Source: a virus
Taxonomy: Duplodnaviria > Caudoviricetes
Length of the DNA stretch: 62,573 nucleotides
Strand: one strand, 5' to 3'
Virus record (IMG/VR): IMGVR_UViG_3300048576_000485
Location: 1 to 62,573 of that record
The translations under genes were made by a program, and so were the position numbers. Of this stretch, positions 48,401 to 58,918 are shown one piece after another. How positions within the stretch are numbered: position 1 is the first letter of the stretch; the number at the start of each line of letters is the position of its first letter. Under the pieces are notes generated by a model, which ran no database searches, was not told where the DNA came from, and saw nothing but the letters and a program-made list of their open reading frames with translations.

Positions 48401-51171
48401 ATAGTACTAAAGGGGTCATAGATAAAGATAAAGGCTTAACGCCTAAAGATGTTTACGGTGATAAACTTGAAAGTGTTATTAAACAAATATCCCAAGGAAA
48501 ATATAAAACAGTCAATGAGAATTTAGAAGAAGTGACGGCGAAGACTTTTGAGGAGGCTTTTATCAATGATGTTGCGACACAAAAAACCCTGAAAGAACAG
48601 AAATCCGTAGCAGATAGAGCAGCGAAAGCAGGGGTAGCGTTTACTTTTGATTATAAAGCAAAAAGAGGCGAGTATATACGACAATTTAAGCAAGATTTCG
48701 AGCTTAACAAAAAGAAAGAACAAGAAGCAATTACAGAGCATAACAAAAAGGCGGGCTTCAACGAATACATTAAAGATCAGGCCCGAGAACAGGGAAACAA
48801 GAAGCCCAAATCAAGAATCCAAGCAGGATGGATAGGTAAAGAAGAAGTAAAAAAATTAACTTCAGAAGAGAAAGTAATTAAGGCCGAAAAAGAGCCGGAA
48901 AAGTTAAATGTCCAGGATTTCAGGGAATTAATAAAAGATGTAAATAAAAAGGTTACGGATCCTGAAAAGAAAAAAGTGCTATTAAAAAATATTGATAACG
49001 CTCAAAGAAAATTAGATAAAGGGCAGGCTTTTAGGGCAGAAGTAGTTAAAACCGCAAACAAATATTTAGAATCAAGGGGGAAGAAAGGTTTTACAGTTAA
49101 GCCTATAAGTGGATTTAGAACAGTTAGTAAGAATGATTCCTTAGAGCATTCCTCCCCTGATAGTCCTCATACTGTAGCCGGAGAGGGTAAGGCGGTAGAT
49201 ATAGGGATTTATGATGAAAAGGGCAATTATATTCCCAAAAATAATTCGTTATACAAAGAAATAGGACAATATGTAAAGGAAGAGACAGGGGCAAAATGGG
49301 GAGGGGATTTCACAAGTAATGCAGCCTATGAAGTAAACCATTTCCAGGCTGATAACCTTGATGGGAAAAGTGAGACTCCGCAACTGTATGTAAACCCGAA
49401 ATTTGCTGATCAATATGCGAGTAAGGATGATTTTTGGGCAAAAATGTCAAAGACAAATAAGACCCAGCTCGAAAAGGATTATTTGGAATTTTTAACATTC
49501 CCCAAAGATCATTCAAAAGCTGAAGCAGGTAAGCTAAAAGAAAGAATAAACCAAAATTATAATAGAGAGTCCTATAATTCTGTTTATAAAATTGCAGATA
49601 ACAAAGGGAAAGGCAAAAAAGATGTAGCAAAGGATGGAGAAAATATAGATGCCTATATAAAACGTTTAGCCGGGTATAATGAGAAAGAAGGCAGCGAGGC
49701 TTATAAAGGCTTGGTTAAAAAAATGCAAAATGAAGTATCAAAGATTAACCAAGTAAGGGATTACAACCTCAATGAAATTGACAATGCAATAACAGGGATC
49801 TCGAATTTTGCTAAAGCCGTAAATGAAGAAAAGAAGAAGATTGAACAAACAGTTGAAGCAAAAAGACAGACAGAAGATACCCCAAAACAGGAGGGGACTG
49901 GCACAAGCACAGGAAAGCCAATTAATAAAGTAAAAGTTGTCACAGAAGAACAAAAAGCCGCAGCAAATTTTGATGAAAAGCCAAAAGAAGAAATAAAGCC
50001 CGCAACGGAAGCCGTAGAATCTTCAGTAAATGACAAGGGAAAGCGTAAAGTTATTGAGAAAGAAAGTTTAAAAATTGGAGATTTGACAAGCGAAAAGCTT
50101 TATCGAATTGGTTTAACGGAAAAGAACATTGGGAAGGACAAACTCAAAAAAGCAAAGCTTATAAGTATAAAGGATTTTACTAAAAAGAAACAGAAAAAGC
50201 TTAAAATCAACGGGATTAAACAGGACGAGTTAAATAATATTGAGGTCAAAGATATATCCCAGGAGAAAATACTTCAAAGCGTAAAAAATAACAGAGACTT
50301 ATTTGACAATATCGAGCTTAAGCCATTTGGAGATAATGGGGCAAATGCAAAGGATGCTGGCCCGAAGAAGAATATCAATGAAAAAATTATACAAGACTCA
50401 ATATTAGAACAAGTCCCGGAAAGCGTTAAGAAAAAAGAATTAGTTTTGTTATCTGATAAACCGGAACCACAAAAAGAGGCGTCGGGCATTCCGAAAGTTG
50501 CCGAATCTGAATTTGATTTATATGCCGGAATAAAAAGGGTCACACAATACAAGCAAGCGCTTGATGAATATCAGGTTAAAGACTTTTTATTTAAAAGCGA
50601 AAATCAACACCCAACAATATTCCAGGCAAATGAATATACTCCGAAGAATAAAATGCCGGAGTTAAAGGATTTTGAATTTCCAACAAATACGCCTAAAAAC
50701 AGGGAATTCCCGAGTCCTGATTTTCTTAAAGATTTGCAACCAGTTGAAAAACCTTCATTCAAAGAGCGGTCTATTCCAGAAGTACCGGTATTTGGATTTA
50801 GAAAAAGCACAGAAGAAACAATAAACCTTCAGGGCTTAATTAATGAGTGGACAAAAGCTATAGAGGCTCAGCCAAAGAAGGATAGATATGCTCCATTAAA
50901 AGATCAGGATATTCTGCCAATCAGGAAGGAAGAACCCGTAAGGCAGGAAATTATAAAGCAAGAGAAAGAGCCGGTTCAGACGAGATCGGAGGATTTGAAA
51001 GAGGCAGCCGAAATAATAGCGAATAGAATTGCAGAAAGTATTGCAAGAAGCCTTAAGGATATTCCGAAGGATACAAACCAGCCGATAAATGTTTCGCTTA
51101 ATTTCAGCGACATAAGTTATCCGATGATGGAAAATTTACAAAATTCTAATATTATTGCAAATAGAGTATAA
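45436..51171 (+). CDS. tape measure protein with embedded M15-type peptidase domain
   Basis: 1911 aa, helical; Gly-rich TM segment; SGFRT..SPH..G.AVDI..WGGDF..E..HFQ (~49080-49350). Confidence 0.8.
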   Translation: MSDTEHKVGISVQMRLEQLIGDNDLRNKLGQITADVANLDKSVGAQVAPILQENINIPGTEQTSDKGGDALNKINKAMNAQLKLLSEQSQSLVNDFMNDYEASDGNIPNYTITSLSKASIKQREKAKETFASEMHEIEYTATSGLTDSEREEVSVRTGDAINKALSLIDEKYTLFNKAIRNVQEEDSKFDNYVSGIKRTGFLSMIDSMGTGEERKQNFQQAAEELTNLEKITERTNPYFDTEQYIKEGVQFSEKGKESLSKVQKAIEAELKSDNTKSEKLLTQFLIDVETGDGQVSSGGIQNFTQSSIKQRERAKQSLIEETNKAVSKAIVGLPSDEQEEIAERSARALNEALEQLDVKFKNLNTTVKDFQEQGGSQLESFISGIKQAGYWALAQQAVNTKINWERTNAQIEYVNSTSFNLTSPQGMYNEIAQANLQSDIMKRDRDYSLYGGLIGAGAGALVGSVIAPGIGTGWGAMRGWQLGQSVATQLAGIEDVKERAEVESNLKFKNQTYQMVQSYVDEYNQIDSTARELEARFGQKIRGTSGLGYQEQEEQRLKGAFGDSLGRFDQDLYKEQLTFSKGNGINAAELFQFNQANRLTGANLGIEELYQAKQFTQHIFGEDSNVRIIDILNSIKDVNLKQLEFTNKADQRETMKFLSVPGMLFGIDSPYGRMGDLGGQALNNLSDLIHPKSTAHEALLFQALSKNGDIAEFKMKMDQGIFAGDNLTDILGELHKWAGNDKNTAYLMLSELMPKISYSERNVYADLISGKEREVLTAAYRKDEEGNYVKRTPETDEKGKAIERDGKVQYKYEKVEDKSEALINPLEYEKTKDGLFRDKTTGDTIHVEEEKTKVSIDNLKKVIDQSVQTYEKIFKSEEEREEFKKNLMGIAKTDAENATTSWKKTQEDLQEIHKNIGGMYTKLYEETARKMGDVENYWLSSGKAFDNVSRMLNEGVEAVINKLKELGIYKDESSIKEEYKNNLYKEIYNSTKGVIDKDKGLTPKDVYGDKLESVIKQISQGKYKTVNENLEEVTAKTFEEAFINDVATQKTLKEQKSVADRAAKAGVAFTFDYKAKRGEYIRQFKQDFELNKKKEQEAITEHNKKAGFNEYIKDQAREQGNKKPKSRIQAGWIGKEEVKKLTSEEKVIKAEKEPEKLNVQDFRELIKDVNKKVTDPEKKKVLLKNIDNAQRKLDKGQAFRAEVVKTANKYLESRGKKGFTVKPISGFRTVSKNDSLEHSSPDSPHTVAGEGKAVDIGIYDEKGNYIPKNNSLYKEIGQYVKEETGAKWGGDFTSNAAYEVNHFQADNLDGKSETPQLYVNPKFADQYASKDDFWAKMSKTNKTQLEKDYLEFLTFPKDHSKAEAGKLKERINQNYNRESYNSVYKIADNKGKGKKDVAKDGENIDAYIKRLAGYNEKEGSEAYKGLVKKMQNEVSKINQVRDYNLNEIDNAITGISNFAKAVNEEKKKIEQTVEAKRQTEDTPKQEGTGTSTGKPINKVKVVTEEQKAAANFDEKPKEEIKPATEAVESSVNDKGKRKVIEKESLKIGDLTSEKLYRIGLTEKNIGKDKLKKAKLISIKDFTKKKQKKLKINGIKQDELNNIEVKDISQEKILQSVKNNRDLFDNIELKPFGDNGANAKDAGPKKNINEKIIQDSILEQVPESVKKKELVLLSDKPEPQKEASGIPKVAESEFDLYAGIKRVTQYKQALDEYQVKDFLFKSENQHPTIFQANEYTPKNKMPELKDFEFPTNTPKNREFPSPDFLKDLQPVEKPSFKERSIPEVPVFGFRKSTEETINLQGLINEWTKAIEAQPKKDRYAPLKDQDILPIRKEEPVRQEIIKQEKEPVQTRSEDLKEAAEIIANRIAESIARSLKDIPKDTNQPINVSLNFSDISYPMMENLQNSNIIANRV

Positions 51172-51172
51172 A

Positions 51173-52855
51173 ATGCAAATAAGACAAATTCAGCCAGAGG
51201 TAATAATACTAAACGACTCTTCCAAAGAAGTTGATATGTCTTCAGTGGTAAGTAGAATTATGGTGAACAGATCCGTAAATAGTCCGGTAGGCAGTTGCCA
51301 GATAACCTTTGAACCATCACTTGATAACAGAGCAATATTTAACATAACCACACAAGAGATAATTAACTCATGGCGTAAATATGTAAAGAAAAATGGTATT
51401 GTAGCGGCCAAGATTGACAGGACACAAAAAAAATATAAGTTTTTGGGCTTTATAGATCAAATAATTGAGTCAGATCATAGCGAGAACCAAAGCGTTGGAA
51501 GGAACTTAACAATTAATTGCAGTATGCTTATTCCGAAGTTATTAGTAAGAGACACTATTGTAAACGCTCCGCAGTTAATGGCCAACGAAACCCTTAAAAG
51601 TGACCCCAAATGGAGTAAAAGGCTGGACTTTTTTACATGGTTGAGAGGGAAAGAAAAAGATACGAAGGAAAATGTTTTTGCTTCCACCCCCGAGAAAGCC
51701 GTTAATTGGATTCTTGATAATTGCATTGCAACCAATTCAGAATATACATTTGGTGAAAAAAAGCTTAACGCAAAAGCCTTTATAGACAATCGGAGGGAAA
51801 AAGATTATAACGGCAACCGATTGTTGGATTTTCAGTTCCTATCAGAAGAAAAACTATTTGCCCCGCAGTTAACAATGTTCACAGGGACATTGTTAGAATA
51901 TATTTATCAGTGCCTTGACAGAGATTTTTACGAGATATTTTTTGATGCTACAACTTTAAAAAATAGCGGATCCCCCGTGAATAAAATAACAATCCGTCCG
52001 AAACCATTTTCAAGGCAAAACTATAGGACGGCGCAGGAAGCAAAAACCAAAAATGATAATTGGCTCTATTGGGAGAATTTACCTATTCGTAAAATAAACA
52101 AATCAATGAGATTAAAAGAGTCAATTAGTCAGGCAGATTTTGAAGTAAAGAACTTTTACTGGACAATCTATGAAAATCAGTTAATAGCCAGCGCCAGCAG
52201 TACAGCGGGCAAGTTCGGATTAAACTATCCTGTAATGAACTTAAAGTCTATGGAAAAGTATGGGCTAAGAGAGCTTAAAACAAGCTCCAGGATGTTAAAC
52301 ATTGAGGGACAAACACAACAGGAAAACTACAATAAAGCAATAGAAGATAATAAATCCGCTTTAGTAATTGTAGAAGATCAAGCAAAAACAATCGGTTTAT
52401 TTGATAAGCTTATGGATAAAAGGAACCGGATTGTTGAATGGTACGGCTTCCCTAATTATGAGACGGGCCAAATTACTTTAATCGGGGGATATGATGAATA
52501 CAACCCAGGTGAAAGACTGTATTACGAAGATAAAATATATTGGGAGGAAGAACGAGAGAAGGAGTTTAAGGGGGTACTCTACTATATAAATGATGTGAGC
52601 GAACAGGCGAATTATTCACATGGGAAATATACAGTAACATTAGGGTTAACAAGAGGCGCACCGGCTTTTGAAGGGTCGGATGATTATGTGGTAAAATGGT
52701 TTGAAAGACATGAAGCTGATTTTATTAGAATTGACAAGTTGCCCCCGGTAGAAATTGACACTTCTTCGATTCAGCTCGAAAGACAACCGGTAAGAGATAT
52801 GAGAGAAGCGCTTCCAAAAACAATGTTTGAAATATCAGAATTAAAGGCGGAATAA
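51173..52855 (+). CDS. baseplate hub protein
   Basis: position after tape measure; FLGFID, FYEIFFD, RPKPF, KYGLR, T.LGLTRG. Confidence 0.7.
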   Translation: MQIRQIQPEVIILNDSSKEVDMSSVVSRIMVNRSVNSPVGSCQITFEPSLDNRAIFNITTQEIINSWRKYVKKNGIVAAKIDRTQKKYKFLGFIDQIIESDHSENQSVGRNLTINCSMLIPKLLVRDTIVNAPQLMANETLKSDPKWSKRLDFFTWLRGKEKDTKENVFASTPEKAVNWILDNCIATNSEYTFGEKKLNAKAFIDNRREKDYNGNRLLDFQFLSEEKLFAPQLTMFTGTLLEYIYQCLDRDFYEIFFDATTLKNSGSPVNKITIRPKPFSRQNYRTAQEAKTKNDNWLYWENLPIRKINKSMRLKESISQADFEVKNFYWTIYENQLIASASSTAGKFGLNYPVMNLKSMEKYGLRELKTSSRMLNIEGQTQQENYNKAIEDNKSALVIVEDQAKTIGLFDKLMDKRNRIVEWYGFPNYETGQITLIGGYDEYNPGERLYYEDKIYWEEEREKEFKGVLYYINDVSEQANYSHGKYTVTLGLTRGAPAFEGSDDYVVKWFERHEADFIRIDKLPPVEIDTSSIQLERQPVRDMREALPKTMFEISELKAE

Positions 52856-53907
52856 TGCACACAGGATTAGAACAGGGACTAAACAGTAAAGAGTTAAGCA
52901 AGGATTTTAATGGGTTTTCTCTTCAGTCGGGAAAATTAATTTATACAGAGAAGGACAAAACATTAGAATTTGAGGATGCTTATGGTAAAAGGCAACCACT
53001 GGAAAGAGTTTATTTTTTAGGAGCAGAATATAATACTGAAGACGGTGAGAAGAGAATGCCAAAACCTTATATCAAGTCGGAGACCGGGTATAAGAGCTTG
53101 GGGGATATTCTATTATACAGCATTATTGACAACAATGTAAACAGAATAGTTGTTTTGGGTAGCATAAGGAATTTTAATGTTGATATGCACGATAAGGCCT
53201 TGAATTATGACAAAACGGATATTGAGGATTTGGAAGAAAGAAACCTTGTCAGGAATAACGACAAGAGATATTTCACAGTCAGAGATGATGGGAAAGGGAA
53301 TATACTTGTATATTTAGAAGGGAAAAAAGGGGAGAAAACCGGGACAGGTAATGTATCAATAAAAGTACAGGGGGCTGATGAAAAGAGCGGGAATGTGAAA
53401 CTCGAAGTATCGGGAAAGGTTGCAATCAATCAGATTGTTAAGGATGGAGAAACCGAAAAAATAACCACACAGATATTAATGGATAATACAAAAGATGCAG
53501 AAAAAATACAGATAAAAGACCAGTTCAAAAATACTATTGTTGTTGACAAGAAAGGAGTAGCATTAACTGATTCCAATAAGAATACAATAGTAACCAGCAA
53601 GGATGGAATAGCGATTACAGATTTCAGCGAAAACCACATTATAACAACAGCAGAGGAAATTAATATAAAAACTGCAAAGAACTTTACTCAAAAAACTGAA
53701 AAAAAATATACAATAAATGTCGGTGGAGATGCCAATATTTCGGTTGAAGGTAAAACAGTTCTCAAAAGCCCTGATGTAACAATAACCGGAGGTAAATTGA
53801 CAGTAAATGGGACAGCGGCGCCAACAGGATCAGGAGGGTTCTGTGGAATTCCGGCCTGCATATTTTCATCCGCACCGCATGTTGGTAATGTAATTCAGAG
53901 TACATAA
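52855..53907 (+). CDS. baseplate central spike
   Basis: beta-helix-like repeats (I.D..KN.I.) and terminal C..C.F..APH metal-binding tip. Confidence 0.7.
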   Translation: MHTGLEQGLNSKELSKDFNGFSLQSGKLIYTEKDKTLEFEDAYGKRQPLERVYFLGAEYNTEDGEKRMPKPYIKSETGYKSLGDILLYSIIDNNVNRIVVLGSIRNFNVDMHDKALNYDKTDIEDLEERNLVRNNDKRYFTVRDDGKGNILVYLEGKKGEKTGTGNVSIKVQGADEKSGNVKLEVSGKVAINQIVKDGETEKITTQILMDNTKDAEKIQIKDQFKNTIVVDKKGVALTDSNKNTIVTSKDGIAITDFSENHIITTAEEINIKTAKNFTQKTEKKYTINVGGDANISVEGKTVLKSPDVTITGGKLTVNGTAAPTGSGGFCGIPACIFSSAPHVGNVIQST

Positions 53908-54440
53908 TGGCAATAAACGGTTCGGATTTAGGAAGTCAAATAGCTGGAGCGATGAACCAGGCAGATAATCCAACGGATGCACATAATAATTTTTCGGTAA
54001 AGCTTCAGAGTTACATAAATGAGAATTGTGAGATTTTAGGTACTTATGTTGGTGTGCTCCCGACAGTGCCGCCAAGTCCCGACCCTTTAAGTGGCCCTTA
54101 TCAATGGAAGGCGCAGGCAGTTATTTCAGGAAGTGCGTTAAAGAGTGGAGCAACGGGAGGATTTAGTTCATGGGCAATATCATTGGCAGTTCAATTAAGC
54201 AATACAATGTTTCAGGGTACAGACAAAACAAATACAGTAACCGCAGCACCGACAAAATTAACAATAACAACGGTAAGTATAGATATGTCAGGCAAACCAA
54301 ATAACATGGATAATGCAATGGCGCAAGTAGGTGTGGGAATAGTTAACGCCTTAAAATCAGGTATTCCAACACCACCAGTCAGTGCAGCGACAAGCACTGC
54401 AGGCGGCACAGGAGCGGTAACATGGGGGACAGTCGGATGA
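53907..54440 (+). CDS. spike-associated baseplate protein
   Basis: position; G/A/T-rich. Confidence 0.5.
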   Translation: MAINGSDLGSQIAGAMNQADNPTDAHNNFSVKLQSYINENCEILGTYVGVLPTVPPSPDPLSGPYQWKAQAVISGSALKSGATGGFSSWAISLAVQLSNTMFQGTDKTNTVTAAPTKLTITTVSIDMSGKPNNMDNAMAQVGVGIVNALKSGIPTPPVSAATSTAGGTGAVTWGTVG

Positions 54441-55192
54441 GCTTTGCAGATAGCTTGATAAAATCAAGAATACCCCGGATCCCGACCATTGTATTTGAGT
54501 TGGTTAAAATAGATGCGAAGAAAATTGCAGAGGAAAATCCAGAGAATTACAGGGCAAAACAGGAAAATTATATTTCGTTACAGGTTTTACCCGAGAGTTT
54601 CAATAGCGGATTAAGGAGCAGAGATAATATTACTCAAACAAACAAAGTATTCGTTCAGAAGTTTACACCACAGCCAGAAATGATACGACTTTCAGGAACA
54701 TTTGGAGATCAGGAAAGCGCATTATCAGTAGCAGGCATAAATATTACATTAGATGGTTGGGGTAGATTGATTCAGTTTGAGGAAATGGTTAAAAAGTCAA
54801 TGAAAATTGATTCCAATTCCATTTATGCAATTAATTATTACGACTTTCTTTTCCAAAGGTTTGGAGCTATAAACATAAATAGTTTTAATATTTCGGCGAA
54901 TGCTTCAGAAAATACAAATTTAGTAAGATATAATTTAGAGTTCCCAATTATAGGTAAACTGATTGATGTAGAACCCGGAGCAGCTTTAACAAGCACTCTT
55001 TTTGCCCAAATTTTGGCAGCCAATTCAGCGAATTTTACTGAATTGGGATTAGTTTTAGGAGCCGCAGATATAACAAAGCTAATTGATCTTTTTGATACAA
55101 AAATTGCAGATGCGTTAGATTTAATGAACAGTAAAATGTTGGAGACAACGGGCATAACCAAAGGATTAACTTTTGTCAAGGATTTATTTTAA
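54437..55192 (+). CDS. baseplate/tube-initiator-like protein
   Basis: LPES, IRLSGTFG, YNLEF. Confidence 0.55.
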   Translation: MSFADSLIKSRIPRIPTIVFELVKIDAKKIAEENPENYRAKQENYISLQVLPESFNSGLRSRDNITQTNKVFVQKFTPQPEMIRLSGTFGDQESALSVAGINITLDGWGRLIQFEEMVKKSMKIDSNSIYAINYYDFLFQRFGAININSFNISANASENTNLVRYNLEFPIIGKLIDVEPGAALTSTLFAQILAANSANFTELGLVLGAADITKLIDLFDTKIADALDLMNSKMLETTGITKGLTFVKDLF

Positions 55193-55974
55193 TGGATAGC
55201 AGAAGTTATTACATAGAGTTGGCAAACATTTTATCTGTGCTTGAAAGTCAGATTTTACTAATAAGCGGCCAGAAGCCAGACGTATACGATACAGAGGCTA
55301 ATTATGCGGAGATACTAAAAAGCTTAGACGACAGAGTGAGAGCGGTGAAGAGATTATTGGCTGGTCATTCCATAGCAAAGATGTCAAAGCAGCAGTTTTT
55401 AGGCACATTGACAAATCAAACAGCGGAAACCACCTATACAGTTAAGCAATATGATACTGCAACTTCAATAGCGCAAAATTTTAATTTAAGTCTGGAAGAT
55501 TTACTCAAACGGAATAGTATTACAGCCAAAGACATTATTCCGGGTAAAGAATTGATTGTTCCAGCTATAACCCAAGATTACGGAACGGATGTATCCGAAA
55601 TTCCTACATTTGGAGATCAGACAGGAAAATTGATTTTAGGAAATGATGCAGGTAGCTCTTTCACCGAAAGCGGGATTGGAGACTTAGAAATATTAACCCC
55701 GGAGAACACATTCTCCCAGGGGGTAATAAACAGGTTGAAAACTCTTGCAAAACAATATCCCGGAGAGGATGATTTTGGGCTGGATGTCTTTATCGGGAGT
55801 GAATTAGAACAGGATACCCTTAATTCCCTTCTCATGGTAAAAGTATTAACGCAGTTAGCTTTAGATAAAAGAGTTGAGAGTGTTGAAAATTTAGAAGTAG
55901 TGCGGGAAAGTAACGGAGTAATAGTTAAAGGCACAATAAACTCAATTGGAAATTTAGCGCAATTAACATTATGA
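55192..55974 (+). CDS. LysM-containing baseplate protein with gp25-like C-terminus
   Basis: YTVKQYDT..SIA..F..N.I...I.PG.EL.VP; RL.T..P..FG, D.RVESV. Confidence 0.75.
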   Translation: MDSRSYYIELANILSVLESQILLISGQKPDVYDTEANYAEILKSLDDRVRAVKRLLAGHSIAKMSKQQFLGTLTNQTAETTYTVKQYDTATSIAQNFNLSLEDLLKRNSITAKDIIPGKELIVPAITQDYGTDVSEIPTFGDQTGKLILGNDAGSSFTESGIGDLEILTPENTFSQGVINRLKTLAKQYPGEDDFGLDVFIGSELEQDTLNSLLMVKVLTQLALDKRVESVENLEVVRESNGVIVKGTINSIGNLAQLTL

Positions 55975-57104
55975 AAACAAAAGATGAAATATTAAACGGA
56001 TTAATTTTAGATACTTTGTCAGAGACAGATAAAATCACATACTTTGGCAAAGATGGTGCAGTAAGGGGGTTGTATTCAGCAATTAGTCATGTATTTGTAG
56101 AGATATGGAATGATATTGACCAGACTAAGCGACAATTGCAGATACAGACCGCCACAGGTACGGATTTAGAGCTACTTGCAGAAAAGGTCGGCTTAACGAG
56201 AGGCGAGGCAACAAAAGGGACAGTACCGCTTATATTTAATGGTGTGGCGGATACAGTAATTCCGGCTGCAAGCGTTGTTACTTCCATTATTAACGGGGCA
56301 AAGTATCAAACATTAAATGAAATCACATTAGGGCAAAGAAACAGCAGCTTAACCCGTCCGGTATATTCAAATGCAATTGGAGATATTGTTTTGGCAGAGA
56401 GTCTTTCAACCGGATACCTGCAAAATGTAGGTGTTGGTGAAATGATAACATTAGATGTACCGGTCACGGGAGTTACGGTAACAAATTTAGTTCCCTCTAC
56501 CGGTGCGGTTGATTCAGAAAGCGATGAAGAATTACGGAATAGGATTTTGCAAAAAGTTGATATACTCAACCAAGGGACTAATGCGTTTTATGAGAGTATT
56601 GCAAAAGAAGTCAGGCCCGATGTATTAAGGGCAATCACAACTTATAATCCCACCAATTCGGGAATTAATGTTTATTTACTTAAGAATAGCTTAGGTACTT
56701 ATTCAGGTGCAGAATTATTGCAAATCGCAATAGACATTTACCCGAAGCAACGGGCAATGCACAAAGTAACCTGCTATAATCTTAATTTAGCTTCAATAGA
56801 GATTACCGGAAATATTGCCATAAAACAAGGCTATACTTTAGCCCCGGTAATAAGCAATATTGCCAGTGCCCTATCTGATTTGATAAATACAGCCAAATAC
56901 AGTTTTGCCGGGATTATATCATATTACGATGTTTACAAAGCAGTACAAGGAAGCGCCGGGGTTGATTATATCCTATCAGATACTTTATTGCTCAATTCGG
57001 GAATTGCTGATATTCAGCTTGCAGGGTTGGAACTCCCCAAATTCACTTACTTATCAATTAATGATAATAATAAAATGATTCAACAATCTTATGTAATAAT
57101 GTAA
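55971..57104 (+). CDS. baseplate J-like wedge protein
   Basis: TATGTDL..LA...GLTR, G..D.ESDEELRNRI. Confidence 0.88.
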   Translation: MKTKDEILNGLILDTLSETDKITYFGKDGAVRGLYSAISHVFVEIWNDIDQTKRQLQIQTATGTDLELLAEKVGLTRGEATKGTVPLIFNGVADTVIPAASVVTSIINGAKYQTLNEITLGQRNSSLTRPVYSNAIGDIVLAESLSTGYLQNVGVGEMITLDVPVTGVTVTNLVPSTGAVDSESDEELRNRILQKVDILNQGTNAFYESIAKEVRPDVLRAITTYNPTNSGINVYLLKNSLGTYSGAELLQIAIDIYPKQRAMHKVTCYNLNLASIEITGNIAIKQGYTLAPVISNIASALSDLINTAKYSFAGIISYYDVYKAVQGSAGVDYILSDTLLLNSGIADIQLAGLELPKFTYLSINDNNKMIQQSYVIM

Positions 57105-57694
57105 TGTACGCAGAATTAGACGAAATAGGGAAAAAGCAATATATAAAGGATAAGATTTTCCAGTTCTTGCCTACATTCCTTGATTATAGAAGTGAAAATC
57201 TAAATTCATTGATAAATGTTATTGTAAACGCCATATATAGGGTTAATGAAGAGACTTTAATCCAACATTTTTGGGTAGGAAAAGGATTGAGGCTTACGGC
57301 TGAAGGGGATAGAATTTTTTACAAGCAGGCCTATTCGGATAATGATATACAATCCTTGCTCATTGACAGATTTAATATTTTAGTTAAGAGAGGTACAGAA
57401 GCGGGTATTCAGGACGACATAAGCAATATGGACTTAAATATAAGCCCTACAGTTGAGTTTCTTGATACCGGCTGGATAATGGATCAGGTTTACCCGGAAA
57501 CGGAAGGCTCGAAAATATCTTTTTTAGATGGATATAAGAGTATAAAGCTTAATATGAACTATCCTTATTCAATTGGACACGGGAGAATAGGACACATGAA
57601 AATAGGAGATCATTTTACGGCTTACATTGGTTCAGACAGACAAAAAATAGACAATAAAATAGTACCGGCAGATACACAAATAATATACGAATAA
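57104..57694 (+). CDS. baseplate wedge subunit
   Basis: follows J-like gene; LP.FL, RGT.AGI. Confidence 0.55.
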   Translation: MYAELDEIGKKQYIKDKIFQFLPTFLDYRSENLNSLINVIVNAIYRVNEETLIQHFWVGKGLRLTAEGDRIFYKQAYSDNDIQSLLIDRFNILVKRGTEAGIQDDISNMDLNISPTVEFLDTGWIMDQVYPETEGSKISFLDGYKSIKLNMNYPYSIGHGRIGHMKIGDHFTAYIGSDRQKIDNKIVPADTQIIYE

Positions 57695-57704
57695 AAGGAT
57701 TTAT

Positions 57705-58907
57705 ATGGACAGCTTATTTATTAAGTCTCAAATGTTTACAGGCAGTTTAGAGATGAAGCAGTTGCAGCAGATTCTTAATGAAAACTACTTAAAATTATTG
57801 AGGCCCGTTATATCGACTTATGGATTAATGGTTACAGAAAATTTTCATGGAGTTCTAACAAATGAATGGAAAGTAACGCAAAACGGATTCAATGGAGTTA
57901 CTATTCAGCCGGGGCGGGGGATTGCCAACGATAACGGAAATCCATGCCTCTTTGAGTTAAGCAGTGCGAAAAGTTTAAGTATCCCGAGCACAGACAGCAC
58001 TTATTACATTATCGCAAAAAACACAAAAACTAATTATGAAAAAGGCACTGTTACTTTAACACAAGGCAGCAATCAGATTACCGGGACAGATACGGCTTTT
58101 ACTGAAATATTCGCGATTAACCGTAGAATAATTGTTAATGGCGTAGCCTACACAATTTTGGACGTACTTAGCGACACCCTGATGGAAATAACAGCAGCTT
58201 ACACGGGTACAACACAAACTGATGTCCAGTATATTGCAGGGGCATGGTTTGCTGGTTATCCTTTAACTATACCGGATAACTATATAAGAGAACATGATGC
58301 CTTACAGCTTGTTGTTAAAAATACCCCAAAAACAACAGGAGAGTACCTTCTTGCAACGATAACGGTTTATGGCAATGTAATTACAAATGTAGCAGATCAG
58401 AGGGCAACAAATCTATTAACCTGGTACAGCGAGAAACCGCAGGTAAGTTCTGCTTTAATGAGAGAGCGGAAAAAGATTCTTTACAGTCCGACTTCTATTT
58501 GTTCAGGGTTAAATGGAAGTTCCAGTGCGATTACAGCCCAGATTTTAGCGAATGACTCTCACGGCACTATATATGCAGAAAAATTAAGATTGAAATTTTT
58601 TAAGACTTCAGACGACAAAACAATAAATGTAAAATTCAGTTCATATTATACGGATACAGGTTTGCCTATTGCTTATGCGGATTCATTAAAATGGAAAGTT
58701 CAAGCGCAAGCGGGTGATATTTCAGGAGCGGAAAGCGTTTTAGACATTACAGCAAGTTCAACATATACTTTAGACATAAGTGCGTTAGTTAATAATGCCT
58801 ATTATGAATTAGCATTTTATCTCAAGAAAGTTATTACGGCGTTCAATCTAAGTATTTTGATTAATGAAGTTTACATATCTTCAAATAATATACTTGTAAT
58901 AGAATAA
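57705..58907 (+). CDS. baseplate/tail-fibre attachment protein
   Basis: VTIQPG.G, GTVTLTQGS..ITG.DT.FT, LATITV....ITNVADQR. Confidence 0.65.
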   Translation: MDSLFIKSQMFTGSLEMKQLQQILNENYLKLLRPVISTYGLMVTENFHGVLTNEWKVTQNGFNGVTIQPGRGIANDNGNPCLFELSSAKSLSIPSTDSTYYIIAKNTKTNYEKGTVTLTQGSNQITGTDTAFTEIFAINRRIIVNGVAYTILDVLSDTLMEITAAYTGTTQTDVQYIAGAWFAGYPLTIPDNYIREHDALQLVVKNTPKTTGEYLLATITVYGNVITNVADQRATNLLTWYSEKPQVSSALMRERKKILYSPTSICSGLNGSSSAITAQILANDSHGTIYAEKLRLKFFKTSDDKTINVKFSSYYTDTGLPIAYADSLKWKVQAQAGDISGAESVLDITASSTYTLDISALVNNAYYELAFYLKKVITAFNLSILINEVYISSNNILVIE

Positions 58908-58918
58908 GGGTTAAATAC

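Noticed and set aside
57641-57654. Partial late-promoter box (AAAAAATAGACAA)
   Set aside because: It lies inside a CDS, lacks CTG and has no TAnnTT at the 21-bp position.
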